Shown in pieces: positions 18,794 through 32,752 of a stretch of DNA of 64,000 bases. How positions within the stretch are numbered: position 1 is the first letter of the stretch; every line of letters begins with the position of its first letter. Under the pieces are notes generated by a model. It was not told where the DNA came from. It saw nothing but the letters and a program-made list of their open reading frames with translations, and ran no database searches. Position numbers and translations under genes: made by a program. This stretch comes from an uncultured bacterium (GTDB lineage Bacteria > UBP4 > UBA4092). The stretch is from the NCBI GenBank assembly GCA_964644695.1, contig CAZXWN010000001.1:704805-768804 (forward strand), in the 5' to 3' direction.

Positions 18794-19909
18794 TTAAATA
18801 AAGAACTTATCTCTGGGTGTATAGTTCATTCCAAACAATTCAGCGACTTCAGGAATAGTTAAAATTCCATTCACCATATTTAACCCTAAAGCAAGATATG
18901 GATCATCGGACATTGCTTTGGCGTAGCCTTTATTCGCCAATTTCACTGCATAGGGAAGACTTGCATTGCATAGTGCAAAGGTTGAAGTACGGGCAACAGC
19001 ACCAGGCATATTCGCGACACAATAATGAACCACACCATCAATCACATAGGTTGGATTATTATGGGTGGTTGGCTGACAGGTTTCAACACATCCACCTTGA
19101 TCTACAGCTACATCAACAATGACAGAACCTTTTTTCATGAGCTTCAGCATGTCCCTGCTCACCAAAACCGGTGCTTTAGCTCCAACAATAAGAACGGCTC
19201 CAATTAACAAATCAGCACGCTGTATATAATTACGAACCGTGTGTGAATCTGAATAGCAAGTATTTACATTGGGCGGCATAATATCATCGATGTAGCGAAG
19301 CCGATCCACATTGATATCCATGATGGTCACATTAGCACCTAAACCTGCTGCCATTTTCGCTGCGTTTTTACCAACGCCACCACAGCCCAAAATCACAACT
19401 TCTGCAGGAGGAACACCCGGAACGCCGCCTAATAAGACACCACGGCCACCAAATGGACGTTCTAGATGCTTTGCACCCTCCAATACTGCTAATCGCCCAG
19501 CGATTTCACTCATGGGGGTTAATAAAGGCAGAGAACGATCTGCCAGCTGTATTGTCTCGTAGGCCACAGCAACAATTTTTCTTTCAAGTAGTTTAGTCGT
19601 CAATTCCTTATCTGCGGCTAAATGAAAGTATGTAAAAACTACCTGACCTTCTTTTAAGAAAGGAATTTCCTGAGCTTTAGGTTCTTTCACCTTGATAATC
19701 ATATCTGCCGCACTATATACTTCCTGGGCTGTATTTATAATCTCAGCACCCGCTTCAACATATTCCCTATCTTCAATGCCACTTCCCTCACCTGCAGACT
19801 TTTCTACTAAAACACGATGTCCATTTTTGACAAGTGCCTCTGCTCCTGATGGAACTAGACCAACTCGATATTCCTGTTCTTTTACCTCTTTCGGGACTCC
19901 AATTACCAT
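18794..19909 (-). CDS. ald: Alanine dehydrogenase
   Basis: IGVPKEVKEQEYRV, KVKEP, FTYFHLAA, PMSEIAGR, VDVAVDQGGC, VANMPGAV; ATG 19909 follows GAGGTGG. Confidence 0.96.
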   Translation of the reverse strand: MVIGVPKEVKEQEYRVGLVPSGAEALVKNGHRVLVEKSAGEGSGIEDREYVEAGAEIINTAQEVYSAADMIIKVKEPKAQEIPFLKEGQVVFTYFHLAADKELTTKLLERKIVAVAYETIQLADRSLPLLTPMSEIAGRLAVLEGAKHLERPFGGRGVLLGGVPGVPPAEVVILGCGGVGKNAAKMAAGLGANVTIMDINVDRLRYIDDIMPPNVNTCYSDSHTVRNYIQRADLLIGAVLIVGAKAPVLVSRDMLKLMKKGSVIVDVAVDQGGCVETCQPTTHNNPTYVIDGVVHYCVANMPGAVARTSTFALCNASLPYAVKLANKGYAKAMSDDPYLALGLNMVNGILTIPEVAELFGMNYTPRDKFFI

Positions 19910-20161
19910 TTGCCACCTCAATAAAATAATAAATTTAATAAAAATGCCGACTTAATAAGTCGAACGGTACCAAATTACACCTTTTCTAATAAAAAAGCAA
20001 GATACTCAAACAATGCCAACCACTCACTCCATCCCATTTTCACATGAGCTACAACCGCGTTTTTACCACCTTTTCACCACAACTATGCCAGGGGTTAAAT
20101 ATAAAATATTTCAAACATACATAACTTATTTATAATCAATGTTCTATAAACCATTTAAAAC

Positions 20162-22817
<2,656 letters not shown>

Positions 22818-22849
22818 CTTTTGCCGTATCTTGAAGGAGATAAACATTC

Positions 22850-25168
22850 ATGATAACTGAAAATAAACAGAGGATTGTCCCCGTCTCTATTGAAGAAGAG
22901 ATGAAGTCCTCCTACTTGGATTACGCAATGAGCGTTATCATCGGGCGAGCATTACCTGATGTCCGAGATGGAATGAAACCTGTTCATCGTCGCATAATTT
23001 ATGCCATGCAACAGCAGGGTATGTTCTCCAATAAGGCGTATAAAAAATCTGCTGCCATTGTCGGTGAGGTTATGAAAACCTTTCACCCACATGGAGACTC
23101 ATCAATTTATGATGCTTTAGTCCGCATGGTACAAAATTTTGCAATTCGATATCCCTTGATTGATGGCCAAGGTAATTTTGGATCACTCGATGATGAACCT
23201 GCAGCAATGCGTTATACCGAAGCACGTTTATCTCAGATAGCTGAAGAATTATTAAAGGATATTGAAAAAGATACCGTAGATTTCATTCCCAATTATGACG
23301 AATCTTCTGAAGAACCTTCGGTACTTCCCTGCCGATTCCCCAATCTATTGGTTAACGGATCTAATGGTATTGCAGTTGGTATGGCAACCAGCATGCCAAC
23401 TCACAATCTAAGGGAAGTATGTAATGCAACAATTGCCCTGATAGATAATCCCGAAATTACCCTCACTGAATTAATGACACACATACCAGGACCAGATTTT
23501 CCAACTGGGGGATATATTCTGGGCCGCGAAGGAATCCGTGATGCCTATGCAAAAGGTCGTGGCAAAATCATCATGCGGTCCAAAGCTAATATTGAAACAC
23601 TTAAGGGTGGGAAGACTCAAATTGTAATCACCGAAATTCCCTACCAGGTTAAAACAGAAGAGACTGTTAAAAAAATAGCTGAACAACGGAATGAAAAACG
23701 CATAGATGGAATAGTTGATATTCGNNNNNNNNNNNNNNNNNNNNNNNNNNNNNNNNNNNNNNNNNNNNNNNNNNNNNNNNNNNNNNNNNNNNNNNNNNNN
23801 NNNNNNNNNNNNNNNNNNNNNNNNCTGGATGCCGTCATTAAGTTGATTCGTAATAGTGCGTCACCTGATAAAGCAAAAGAAGGTTTAATTGCTAAGTTCG
23901 GATTATCAGAGAAACAAACAGATGCTATTTTAGCCATGCGTCTCCATCAATTGACAGGGCTAGAAAGAGATAAGATTGAAACAGAATTTAAGGAAGTCAT
24001 GATAACAATTGATTACCTTAATTCAATTCTGAGAAATCCTCAGATGGTCTTAGATATTATCAAGTCAGAGTTAGCTGAAATTCGCGACAAATATGGTGAT
24101 AACCGACGTACTGAAATTATCAATGCTGAAGGCGAGATCAATATTGAAGATATGATTGCCGACCAGAGCATGGTCGTCACTATCACTCATACTGGATATA
24201 TCAAGAGAACTAATCCTAGCGCTTATAGAGCTCAAAAACGCGGTGGCGTAGGCACTCGTGGTATAGAGACTAAAGAAGATGACTTCGTGGAAAATCTATT
24301 TATTGCCTCAACCCACGATTACATGCTGTTCTTTACCGATAAAGGCCGGGTATACTGGTTAAAGGTATATGAAATTCCAGAAGGAAGTCGAACTTCAAAA
24401 GGTAAAGCTATTGTAAATCTTCTCGAAATGCGTCCTGATGAAAAGATTGCAGCTGTATTCTCTGTCCGTGAGTTTGTGGCAGATAAATATATCCTTTTGG
24501 TTACCAAAAACGGTACTATCAAGAAGACTGAGTTATCAGAATTTGGCAAACGTTCTCAGGGAGGGATTATAGCTATCACCCTTGATGAAGGAGATATCGT
24601 CGTTTCAGCCAAGATATCTGATGGAAACCAGGATATCGTCTTAGCAACACGTAAAGGAAAAGCTATCAGATTCCCTGAATCAGATGTTCGTTCCATGGGA
24701 CGACCTGCTGGTGGTGTTCGTGGAATCAAACTGAAAGCTGGCGACAGTGTTGTGGGTATGGAAGCTGTAACCGAGGAATCCTACCTTTTGACAGCAACAG
24801 AAAACGGCTTCGGTAAACGTACGAAGATTGATGCTTACTCCCCCCACCACCGTGGAGGCCAAGGCGTCATAAATATCATTGCCAATGAACGTAATGGTGA
24901 GGTTGTTGATATCCGTCAGGTCACAGATGACAATTACCTAATGATGATTACTGTAAATGGTACAACAATTAAGTGCCCGGTTAAGGGTATCAGCGCTGTC
25001 TCCCGCAACACACAGGGAGTCAGACTTATCAACCTTAATGAAAATGACAAGCTAGTCTGTGTTGCCCGGCTGGCAGATGGCATGGATGATGCAGATGAAG
25101 ATGATCCTTCAATTGAAGCAAGTGATTCCGAAGTCATTCCTGATGAAAAAGATGATTCTGAATCATAA
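22850..25168 (+). CDS. gyrA: DNA gyrase subunit A, interrupted by assembly gap
   Basis: [26 protein letters not shown], GyrA-box QKRGGVG; N run 23725-23824. Confidence 0.97.
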   Translation: MITENKQRIVPVSIEEEMKSSYLDYAMSVIIGRALPDVRDGMKPVHRRIIYAMQQQGMFSNKAYKKSAAIVGEVMKTFHPHGDSSIYDALVRMVQNFAIRYPLIDGQGNFGSLDDEPAAMRYTEARLSQIAEELLKDIEKDTVDFIPNYDESSEEPSVLPCRFPNLLVNGSNGIAVGMATSMPTHNLREVCNATIALIDNPEITLTELMTHIPGPDFPTGGYILGREGIRDAYAKGRGKIIMRSKANIETLKGGKTQIVITEIPYQVKTEETVKKIAEQRNEKRIDGIVDIXXXXXXXXXXXXXXXXXXXXXXXXXXXXXXXXXXLDAVIKLIRNSASPDKAKEGLIAKFGLSEKQTDAILAMRLHQLTGLERDKIETEFKEVMITIDYLNSILRNPQMVLDIIKSELAEIRDKYGDNRRTEIINAEGEINIEDMIADQSMVVTITHTGYIKRTNPSAYRAQKRGGVGTRGIETKEDDFVENLFIASTHDYMLFFTDKGRVYWLKVYEIPEGSRTSKGKAIVNLLEMRPDEKIAAVFSVREFVADKYILLVTKNGTIKKTELSEFGKRSQGGIIAITLDEGDIVVSAKISDGNQDIVLATRKGKAIRFPESDVRSMGRPAGGVRGIKLKAGDSVVGMEAVTEESYLLTATENGFGKRTKIDAYSPHHRGGQGVINIIANERNGEVVDIRQVTDDNYLMMITVNGTTIKCPVKGISAVSRNTQGVRLINLNENDKLVCVARLADGMDDADEDDPSIEASDSEVIPDEKDDSES

Positions 25169-25180
25169 TTGGTAAAATTT

Positions 25181-25213
25181 AAAAAGCCGGGAGTTAATCT
25201 CCCGGCTTTTTTT
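25181..25213 (+). terminator. Intrinsic terminator after gyrA
   Basis: aaaaagccgggag-ttaat-ctcccggcttttttt. Confidence 0.85.
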
Positions 25214-25289
25214 ATGAATAATTCTTGACGGCAAACAGCCTTCATATTAAAGTAAAAAATGATTATCCTTCTGTAGTTTGGACACTTCT

Positions 25290-26561
25290 ATGAAAAAAGT
25301 AATAGCGATGATTTTAGCAGGTGGTCAAAGTCATCCTCTCAGTATTCTTGAGAGGACACGAACCACCACATCAATTCCATTCGGCGGTAAATACCGTCTG
25401 ATAGATTTCACTCTGAGTAATTTAGTAAATTCAGAGATTTATACGGTAGGAATACTGGCGCAATATACACCTTATTCTTTAATGGACCATATTGGAATTG
25501 GAAAAGCATGGGACCTGGACCGGCAAAATGGTGGGCTTCACATTTTGCAACCTTTTTTGAGTAATTCAGATACTGGGTGGTACCGTGGAACTGCAGATGC
25601 CATATTTCAAAACCAGGATTTTATTCTTAAACATAATCCCAAATACACTTTAATATTATCCGGTGACCAGGTATATAAAATGGATTATCGGAAATTATTG
25701 CAATATCACATTGACAAAAAAGCTCCTGTTACCATGGCCGTCACTCGAGTTGCAAAGCAATATGCGCAACAAAGTGGCGTAGTAAATGTATCTGAGTATG
25801 GAAAAATCACTCACTTAGATGAAAAGCCTAAGGATCCTACCAGTGACTTAGTAAATATGGGGATATATCTTTTTGATACTGAAGTACTCCTTTATAAGCT
25901 CCAAAGAATTGGCCGAGACAACCGCTTTGATATTCTTTACCATCTGCTTATGGAAATGATAGATATGCAAGAAGTCTATGCTTATGAATATGAAGGATAT
26001 TGGCGTGATATTGGTAATCTTTCAGATTACTGGCGAACCAGCATGGATTTAATTGATCACCAGGAACGCCTCATTCTGCATGACAAAGAGTGGGTAATCC
26101 ATACAGCGACAGAACGCAGGCCTCCAGTAAGATTTGGGAAATCGGCACGCGTAATTGATTCAATGATTGCCAACGGCTGTAACATTCAAGGATACGTTGA
26201 ACATAGTATTTTATTTCCAGGCGTACATGTTGGGAAAGGAAGCCGCATCATCAATTCCATTGTTATGCAACGAACACACATCAATGATCATGTATGTATG
26301 ATTGGAACGATTGTAGATAAAGATGTGCAAATTGGCCGGGACACATGTTTAGGTATGGAATACCCACAAATCAACGATGACAAAACACCGCTTAGTATAG
26401 ATAATTATCTTACGGTTGTTGGAAAAGGTGCGCAAATTCCCGCCTCTATGAATATTGGCAAGAATTGTTTAATAGACGCTTTTACTCGTGAATCTGATTT
26501 TACCAGTACATCAATTCCAGATGGGACTATCCTGTCTCGAAATGGAGGGGTGGCGCTATGA
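25290..26561 (+). CDS. ADP-glucose pyrophosphorylase family subunit with degenerate N-terminal catalytic loop (GlgD-like)
   Basis: [29 protein letters not shown] retained, but LAGGQSHPL..RTTTSIP replaces LAGGxGxRL..RAKPAVP. Confidence 0.8.
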   Translation: MKKVIAMILAGGQSHPLSILERTRTTTSIPFGGKYRLIDFTLSNLVNSEIYTVGILAQYTPYSLMDHIGIGKAWDLDRQNGGLHILQPFLSNSDTGWYRGTADAIFQNQDFILKHNPKYTLILSGDQVYKMDYRKLLQYHIDKKAPVTMAVTRVAKQYAQQSGVVNVSEYGKITHLDEKPKDPTSDLVNMGIYLFDTEVLLYKLQRIGRDNRFDILYHLLMEMIDMQEVYAYEYEGYWRDIGNLSDYWRTSMDLIDHQERLILHDKEWVIHTATERRPPVRFGKSARVIDSMIANGCNIQGYVEHSILFPGVHVGKGSRIINSIVMQRTHINDHVCMIGTIVDKDVQIGRDTCLGMEYPQINDDKTPLSIDNYLTVVGKGAQIPASMNIGKNCLIDAFTRESDFTSTSIPDGTILSRNGGVAL

Positions 26562-27808
26562 ACTACACTATGGCAGTCATCCTGGCAGGTGGTCAGGGTC
26601 AACGACTCAATATCCTTTCTGAATGGCGGGCAAAACCAGCCGTACCCTTCGGTGGAAAATATCGTTTAATAGATTTCACTTTAAGCAATTGTGTTAATTC
26701 TGGAATCAGTAGAGTCGCAATGTTGACTCAATATCGCCCCCGTTCATTACAAGAGCATCTGGAAATTGGCCGACCTTGGGATTTGGATCGTATTAACGGT
26801 GGTTTATCAATTCTCCAGCCCGCATTAGGATTAGGATTACGGGCAGACTGGTATTGTGGTACAGCTGATGCAGTATATCAGAATTTAGGACGAATTAGAG
26901 GGAAACGAATTTCCGAGGTCTTAATACTGTCCGGTGACCACATCTACAAGATGGACTACAGCTTAATGATGGACTTCCATAGGGCCCACAATGCAGATTT
27001 AACTATTGCAGTAATGCCCGTGGATCCTAAAGAAGCATCCCGCTTTGGAATATTACAATTAAATGATGAACGGCGTATTATTGATTTTGAAGAAAAACCT
27101 CATCATCCAAAATCCAATCTTGCCAGTATGGGAATTTATATTTTCAAATATGAAATTCTGGAACAGATGTTATTGGAAGATGCGGCCAATCCTGATAGTG
27201 TGCATGATTTCGGGAAAAATATTATTCCTGCCATCATCAAAAATCACCGAACCTTTGGCTATGAATTCAGTGGATATTGGAGAGATGTTGGCACCGTAGC
27301 TTCTTACTATGATTCCAATATGGACATGTTAGAAGACCCTCCTTTATTTGATTTAGACGACCCGGAATGGCCAATACATACAAAGAACGAAGAACGGCCT
27401 CCGGTACAAATTAGCCATGATACAAAAATAATTAATTCACTGGTTGCAAATGGTTGTGTCGTACACGGTTATGTTGAACACTCGATTTTATTCCCCGGGG
27501 TACTGGTTGAAAGTGATGCTATTATTCGCGATTCTATCATTTTCCCAGATACAGTCATTCATTCTGGAAGCCGGATTGAAAGAACCATTATTGATAAGAG
27601 CGTAATTATCGGCAGCCATACCCGTATTGGACGAGCAAAAGATACAAGCATCCCCAATGAAGGAATCACTCTAATCGGTAAAAACACCCGGATTCCAGAA
27701 CATATGGAAATTGGAGGGGGATGCATTATTGACGTCGGATTAACACCCGAAGACTTTGTGTCTCGATCAATACCAGACAGTCAGGTGTTTAAAAAGAAAA
27801 AGCATTGA
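26558..27808 (+). CDS. glgC: Glucose-1-phosphate adenylyltransferase
   Basis: [68 protein letters not shown]. Confidence 0.95.
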   Translation: MNYTMAVILAGGQGQRLNILSEWRAKPAVPFGGKYRLIDFTLSNCVNSGISRVAMLTQYRPRSLQEHLEIGRPWDLDRINGGLSILQPALGLGLRADWYCGTADAVYQNLGRIRGKRISEVLILSGDHIYKMDYSLMMDFHRAHNADLTIAVMPVDPKEASRFGILQLNDERRIIDFEEKPHHPKSNLASMGIYIFKYEILEQMLLEDAANPDSVHDFGKNIIPAIIKNHRTFGYEFSGYWRDVGTVASYYDSNMDMLEDPPLFDLDDPEWPIHTKNEERPPVQISHDTKIINSLVANGCVVHGYVEHSILFPGVLVESDAIIRDSIIFPDTVIHSGSRIERTIIDKSVIIGSHTRIGRAKDTSIPNEGITLIGKNTRIPEHMEIGGGCIIDVGLTPEDFVSRSIPDSQVFKKKKH

Positions 27809-27831
27809 CCCTCAATAAGTTAAAAGTAAAC

Positions 27832-27868
27832 GCCGTCTCGGTACTCACCGACGACGGCTTTTTATTTT
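27832..27868 (+). terminator. Intrinsic terminator after glgC
   Basis: gccgtctcggt-actc-accga(c)gacggc followed by ttttt. Confidence 0.7.
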
Positions 27869-27880
27869 GATTCATATTGC

Positions 27881-28882
27881 ATGATAAAATTACACCATAT
27901 GCCAATAATCCAAGTCGAAAATCTAAATAAAAAATTCAAGGTACAAAAGAAAGACCCAGGACTCTGGAACTCTGTAGAAGCTTTAGTGCATCCTATCTAT
28001 ACAGAGGTAAAAGCTGTAAAAGATGTTTCCTTTTCCATTGATGAGGGTGAATTAGTAGGATTTCTGGGACCCAATGGTGCCGGGAAAACAACAACACTAA
28101 AGATGCTTTCGGGGTTAATTTATCCAGATTCGGGTAAAGCACAAGTATTAGACTATATCCCCTGGAAACGAGACGATGCTTATCGCCGCCAGTTTTCATT
28201 GGTAATGGGCCAAAAATACCAGTTGTGGTGGGATCTTCCTGCCATGGAATCACTGCTACTCAATAAAGAAATCTATGGCGTCAGCCAAAAATATTTTGAT
28301 GAAATCATCGGAGAATTAACGGTTCTGCTCGATGTAACAGAAAAACTCCATATCCCGGTCCGTGAGTTATCCCTTGGGGAACGGATGAAAATGGAACTCA
28401 TCGCCGCCCTACTATTTTCCCCCAAAGTAATTTTTCTGGATGAGCCTACCATTGGACTAGATGTCGTATCCCAGAAAAAAGTTAGAGATTTCCTGCGTTA
28501 TTACAATGAGAAAAACAAAGCCACTATATTACTAACTTCCCATTATATGAGCGATATCGAAGCGCTTTGCAAAAGAGTCATCATTATTGACCATGGGCGA
28601 ATCTTGTATGATGGTGATTTAGAAGGAATTATTACCCGGTTTGCTGATTTCAAAATCATATCAGTAACCACCGAAAATTCATTAAACCCTGAACAACTGA
28701 CCGGTTACGGTGAATTAGTCGAAGTCGTAAATAATAAAGCTATTTTCAAAACAGCCCGAAAAGATGCACCCGAAATTTGTGCTCGATTATTAAGTGACTT
28801 GGTTGTTAATGACTTAAATATTGAAGAAATACCCATTGAAGATGTTATCAGGGATATTTTTGGAAAACAGGAAGTTCTGTGA
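27881..28882 (+). CDS. ABC-2 type transporter ATP-binding protein
   Basis: GPNGAGKTT, LSLGERMK, FLDEPTIGLD, TSHYM; real start may be 27899. Confidence 0.92.
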   Translation: MIKLHHMPIIQVENLNKKFKVQKKDPGLWNSVEALVHPIYTEVKAVKDVSFSIDEGELVGFLGPNGAGKTTTLKMLSGLIYPDSGKAQVLDYIPWKRDDAYRRQFSLVMGQKYQLWWDLPAMESLLLNKEIYGVSQKYFDEIIGELTVLLDVTEKLHIPVRELSLGERMKMELIAALLFSPKVIFLDEPTIGLDVVSQKKVRDFLRYYNEKNKATILLTSHYMSDIEALCKRVIIIDHGRILYDGDLEGIITRFADFKIISVTTENSLNPEQLTGYGELVEVVNNKAIFKTARKDAPEICARLLSDLVVNDLNIEEIPIEDVIRDIFGKQEVL

Positions 28883-29694
28883 ATCTTGCATTGAGAAAAT
28901 ATAACCGAATTTTCATGGCGGGCATTCAAACTCACCTGATTTATCGGATCAATTATTTTATTTTGTCGTTTGCCCAATTATGTCCTATTGTCACCGTATT
29001 GATGGTTTGGTTTGCCATCTTTGATTCTTCGAGTCAGACAGCCATCAAGGGATATACAATGCCCCGGATTGTCACCTATTATCTGGTATCCACCCTGGTT
29101 GGGAAAGTCATGAGTCTCTGGTTTCTGGATTATGAAATCGCCTCTGACATCAGGAATGGGCAAATCAACCGTTTTTTACTTAGGCCTGTGGATTATTTAT
29201 GGTACCAGTGGTCAATGGTACTTTCCCAAAAAGCCATTATCCTCATGTCACTGGGAATACCCCTCGGAATTTTATATTATGCACTGAGACACCTATACCT
29301 TCCCCCAGCAGATGTTTCCATGCTATGGATTATAACCTTATCCAGTCTAATTGGTTTATTTCTCAATTTTATTATTACTTATTGTGCCGGACTAATAGCC
29401 TTCTGGTTACTGGAGGTATCCTCCCTATTCTTTATTTATTACATCTTGATGTTCTTTTTATCAGGCGGCATGTTTCCACTGGATTTAATTCCACAACCCT
29501 ACTATGGCATGATGAAGTGGTTACCTTTCCAATATATGGGATTTTTCCAGACCAAACTATATCTAGGTGACCTGACATGGGCGCAGGCATGGAACGGATT
29601 ATTCATTCAATTATTATGGGTAGGCATATTATATTGCCTGGCACGGTGGATTTGGTTCCGGGGATGTCACCGTTACAATGCTTTCGGAGGATGA
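28879..29694 (+). CDS. ABC-2 family permease
   Basis: About six hydrophobic segments, IRNGQINRFLLRPVDY, LSGGMFPL; overlaps ATPase stop. Confidence 0.88.
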   Translation: MNLALRKYNRIFMAGIQTHLIYRINYFILSFAQLCPIVTVLMVWFAIFDSSSQTAIKGYTMPRIVTYYLVSTLVGKVMSLWFLDYEIASDIRNGQINRFLLRPVDYLWYQWSMVLSQKAIILMSLGIPLGILYYALRHLYLPPADVSMLWIITLSSLIGLFLNFIITYCAGLIAFWLLEVSSLFFIYYILMFFLSGGMFPLDLIPQPYYGMMKWLPFQYMGFFQTKLYLGDLTWAQAWNGLFIQLLWVGILYCLARWIWFRGCHRYNAFGG

Positions 29695-29698
29695 ACCA

Positions 29699-30493
29699 TT
29701 GACCCTGACCCAGTATATAAAACTCTATGGCCAATTCATGAAAAACGGCATCATTCGGGAAATGATGTTCCGTTGGAATTTCATCATCAGGATAACAACA
29801 GAGTTGTTCTGGTTAGCCGCTTCGTTATTATTCTGGCAAATCATGTTTATCAGTATCCACCATATAGCAGGCTGGTCTAAATATGAGGTATACCTGCTGG
29901 TGGGTACAGGTCACCTTATCCACCAGGCATTCGAGGGAATCTTTTTCAACAATATTGTTCAAATACCGGAGAACATTCGCACAGGTAATCTTGATTTTTA
30001 TCTGACCAAACCGGTTCATTCACAATTCTTAGTGTCGACTCGATACATTGACTTGGGAGCTATTGCTAATATTCTAGTCGGATTCGGTATTGTGGGATAT
30101 TCGCTATGGCATCTAAATGCTTCATTAACATTATTCCGAATAATTGCTTATTTAGTACTGTGTGTGAATGGGATTTTATTATATTATTCAATTTTATTTA
30201 CTCTAATGACAATATCCTTCTGGATTGTACGGGCAGATGGAGTGATTGGTGTTTATTTTAATGTCATAAACTTTTCCCGTCAGCCAGCGGATATCTATAA
30301 GGGATTGTTTAAGTTCTTTCTAATATTTGTGTTCCCCATGCTGGTAACCCTTAATTTTCCGGTGCAAGCCCTTGTTAAGTCGCTGTCATTACCGTATATG
30401 GCCTGGGCACTGTTTGTGGGTACCCTGTCTTTCTGGTTATCTTCAAAGTTCTGGCATTTTGGCATCCGACATTACTCATCTGCAAGCAGTTAG
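29699..30493 (+). CDS. ABC-2 family permease (second subunit)
   Basis: IRTGNLDFYLTKPV, C-terminal YSSASS; TTG start after GGAGG. Confidence 0.88.
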   Translation: MTLTQYIKLYGQFMKNGIIREMMFRWNFIIRITTELFWLAASLLFWQIMFISIHHIAGWSKYEVYLLVGTGHLIHQAFEGIFFNNIVQIPENIRTGNLDFYLTKPVHSQFLVSTRYIDLGAIANILVGFGIVGYSLWHLNASLTLFRIIAYLVLCVNGILLYYSILFTLMTISFWIVRADGVIGVYFNVINFSRQPADIYKGLFKFFLIFVFPMLVTLNFPVQALVKSLSLPYMAWALFVGTLSFWLSSKFWHFGIRHYSSASS

Positions 30494-30530
30494 CCTTTAA
30501 TACACCGGCCTTTATTTTTTATCCATTACA

Positions 30531-30560
30531 ACATCGAACAAGATTGATCTTGTTCGATGT
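30531..30560. repeat. Perfect 14-bp inverted repeat with 2-nt spacer
   Basis: acatcgaacaagat-tg-atcttgttcgatgt. Confidence 0.8.
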
Positions 30561-30648
30561 ATCCTTTATTCCAATACTCTCGGAATCCGAAATCATTCCA
30601 TACTTTCAATTAATCTAAATTGTCACGGTTAAATTTATAACATTTATC

Positions 30649-30677
30649 TTGACAAATACCAGCAAGTTGATTAAATT
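30649..30677 (+). promoter_or_regulatory. Sigma70-type promoter
   Basis: TTGACA-17 bp-TAAATT upstream of an AAGGAGGT ribosome site. Confidence 0.6.
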
Positions 30678-30733
30678 CAAATTGTTTTCATACATTGGGA
30701 TTTTTAATCAAACATGGGAAGGAGGTGTTTTGA

Positions 30734-31507
30734 TTGAAAAAAATATTTGCAATTATTTTCTTATTACTCGTATCCTTCTCTTTTGCGACCCCCATCCAGG
30801 AAAATGATTTCCTCCCCAGCGAAAATGGCACATTACCCTCCAACATCGATGCTCGTTATGATGGAGGTGTAGATGTTATTGTCACTGCCTATTCCAATGT
30901 AAGTGGGGTAACGGCTGATGCGCCGAATGGCGATGGGTATGTCCTGCGTCTTGGAGATCTCGGTTCTGCAGGAGGATTTTATAACTGGGCTGCCGTGAAA
31001 GACATGTCCAAAGCAACGACCGATTCGTATGCTGAAGCTTATGTCTACTTAAATTTATCCGTAGCAACAGTTGAACGAGATTATGGTCTGTTTGTTAGAT
31101 GTACTTCATTAGCAGCACAGGGTACAGGATCTGCTCGTAATGGATACATGTTGCTTATTACGGCCAATTCATTATGGAGTTCTTACACAGCAGTAAACTA
31201 TACTCCTTTTATCCTTAAACGAAATGGATCAACGGGTTGGACATTAGTGGCTGCTGGAACATCAACCGTATCTGATGGTTGGCACAAACTGAAAATCCAA
31301 GCCATTGGTACCACTATTTCTGGATTTGTGGATGATGTCAAAGTCGCTGAAGGAACTGATTCAACCTTCACTTCAGGTGTGGGTGGTATGGTCTATTACG
31401 ATGACACTGATGGTGTTGTCGCTGATACTTGGCCCTATGCAGCAGCTTTTGATCAGTTTAAATATGGAACCGCATCTCCAGTGAATGATTGGAAAGAAAT
31501 GAAGTAA
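30734..31507 (+). CDS. Secreted beta-rich protein (ConA/DUF1080-like fold suspected)
   Basis: Signal peptide MKKIFAIIFLLLVSFSFA; WHKLKIQAIGTTISGFVDD...TDSTFTSGVGG...FDQF pattern; strong SD and own terminator. Confidence 0.7.
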   Translation: MKKIFAIIFLLLVSFSFATPIQENDFLPSENGTLPSNIDARYDGGVDVIVTAYSNVSGVTADAPNGDGYVLRLGDLGSAGGFYNWAAVKDMSKATTDSYAEAYVYLNLSVATVERDYGLFVRCTSLAAQGTGSARNGYMLLITANSLWSSYTAVNYTPFILKRNGSTGWTLVAAGTSTVSDGWHKLKIQAIGTTISGFVDDVKVAEGTDSTFTSGVGGMVYYDDTDGVVADTWPYAAAFDQFKYGTASPVNDWKEMK

Positions 31508-31534
31508 TTGAGTTTGTCACTAACAGGACTCATT

Positions 31535-31564
31535 AAGAACACGCTTAAAAGCGTGTTCTTTTTT
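31535..31564 (+). terminator. Intrinsic terminator
   Basis: aagaacacgct-taaa-agcgtgttctt followed by T run. Confidence 0.8.
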
Positions 31565-31610
31565 GTTTTGGGAAAAAATCTTAATATTCTCTATAATGAT
31601 AGTGAGGGCA

Positions 31611-32750
31611 ATGAATTACGGACATGTCATTATAAAAAGTGCGTTTCGGAACCGGCGTCGTACCACATTGACGGTGGTCAGTATTGCTTTTTCTTTATTT
31701 TTACTCTGTACACTTCAGACCATATTAACTGAGTTGGATCGAGTGTCTGCATTAGATACGACAGCCCTACGGTTAGTCGTGAGAAGAGCCACTTCTTTAG
31801 GAGATCCTCTTCCTGAATCCTATCGCGCCAAATTAGAACGAGTGCCTTTTGTTACTGAGGTCACTGATCTGAACTGGTTCGGCGGAGTTTATATTGACGA
31901 ACGAAATTTTTTCCCAAATTTTGCCAGTGACCCCAATACTTTTTTTAAAGTATTTTCAGAGCTGTCAACTTCCCCAGAAGTCATTTTAAAGTGGCAACGC
32001 AGCCGTCAGGGCGCCATCGTTGGGAGAAAGTTGTCAGATAAGTACGGCTGGAAAATTGGGGACAGAGTCACTCTGAAGTCTGTTATTTTTTTAGTGGATA
32101 TGGAATTTATTATCAATGGTATTTATGAGGGACCCGATGAAACATGGTTTGTATTTCGCAGTGACTATTTCCGAGATTCACTCCAGTATGATTATGGAAA
32201 TGGGACCTACTGGTTAAGAGTAAGTTCGCCGGATAAAATGCCGGTTGTTACTCAATATGTAGATAATATGTTTCGAAATACTCCTTTTGAGACAAAAACT
32301 GAAACTGAAAAACAATTTAATCTTGAATTCATAAATATGTTAGGGAATATTAGAAGTTTAATTACTTCTATTTCTATTGTTGTGATTTTCACGATATTGC
32401 TGGTTTGTTCAACCACTATGGCAATGAGTATCCGAGAACAAATCAGGGATGTCGCTGTATTTAAGACTTTAGGATTTTCTAGATACACACTATATGGCTT
32501 TTTGATATCTGAAGCGGTCATAATTACCACCCTTGGAGGATTAGTGGGGTGTTTTGGAGCTCGAATACTTTATCAGAAAATTGATATGGCAGCATTGACC
32601 ATGAATTTCTTTCCCCAATTTGTTGTTACACCACAGACAATTATGATAGGAATGGCTGTATCATTGCTTATGGGACTCTTCAGCGCCATCATACCAGCAT
32701 GGAATGCAATTCGAATGCCCGTCACTGAAGGATTAAAACATCTCGGATAA
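31611..32750 (+). CDS. ABC transporter permease, FtsX/MacB family
   Basis: RNRRRTTLT, MAMSIREQIRDVAVFKTLGF, IIPAWNA; ATG at 31611. Confidence 0.9.
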   Translation: MNYGHVIIKSAFRNRRRTTLTVVSIAFSLFLLCTLQTILTELDRVSALDTTALRLVVRRATSLGDPLPESYRAKLERVPFVTEVTDLNWFGGVYIDERNFFPNFASDPNTFFKVFSELSTSPEVILKWQRSRQGAIVGRKLSDKYGWKIGDRVTLKSVIFLVDMEFIINGIYEGPDETWFVFRSDYFRDSLQYDYGNGTYWLRVSSPDKMPVVTQYVDNMFRNTPFETKTETEKQFNLEFINMLGNIRSLITSISIVVIFTILLVCSTTMAMSIREQIRDVAVFKTLGFSRYTLYGFLISEAVIITTLGGLVGCFGARILYQKIDMAALTMNFFPQFVVTPQTIMIGMAVSLLMGLFSAIIPAWNAIRMPVTEGLKHLG

Positions 32751-32752
32751 TC

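Noticed and set aside
23725-23824. Short GyrA or intein/insertion site
   Set aside because: Assembly gap of arbitrary length; flanks match a normal GyrA.
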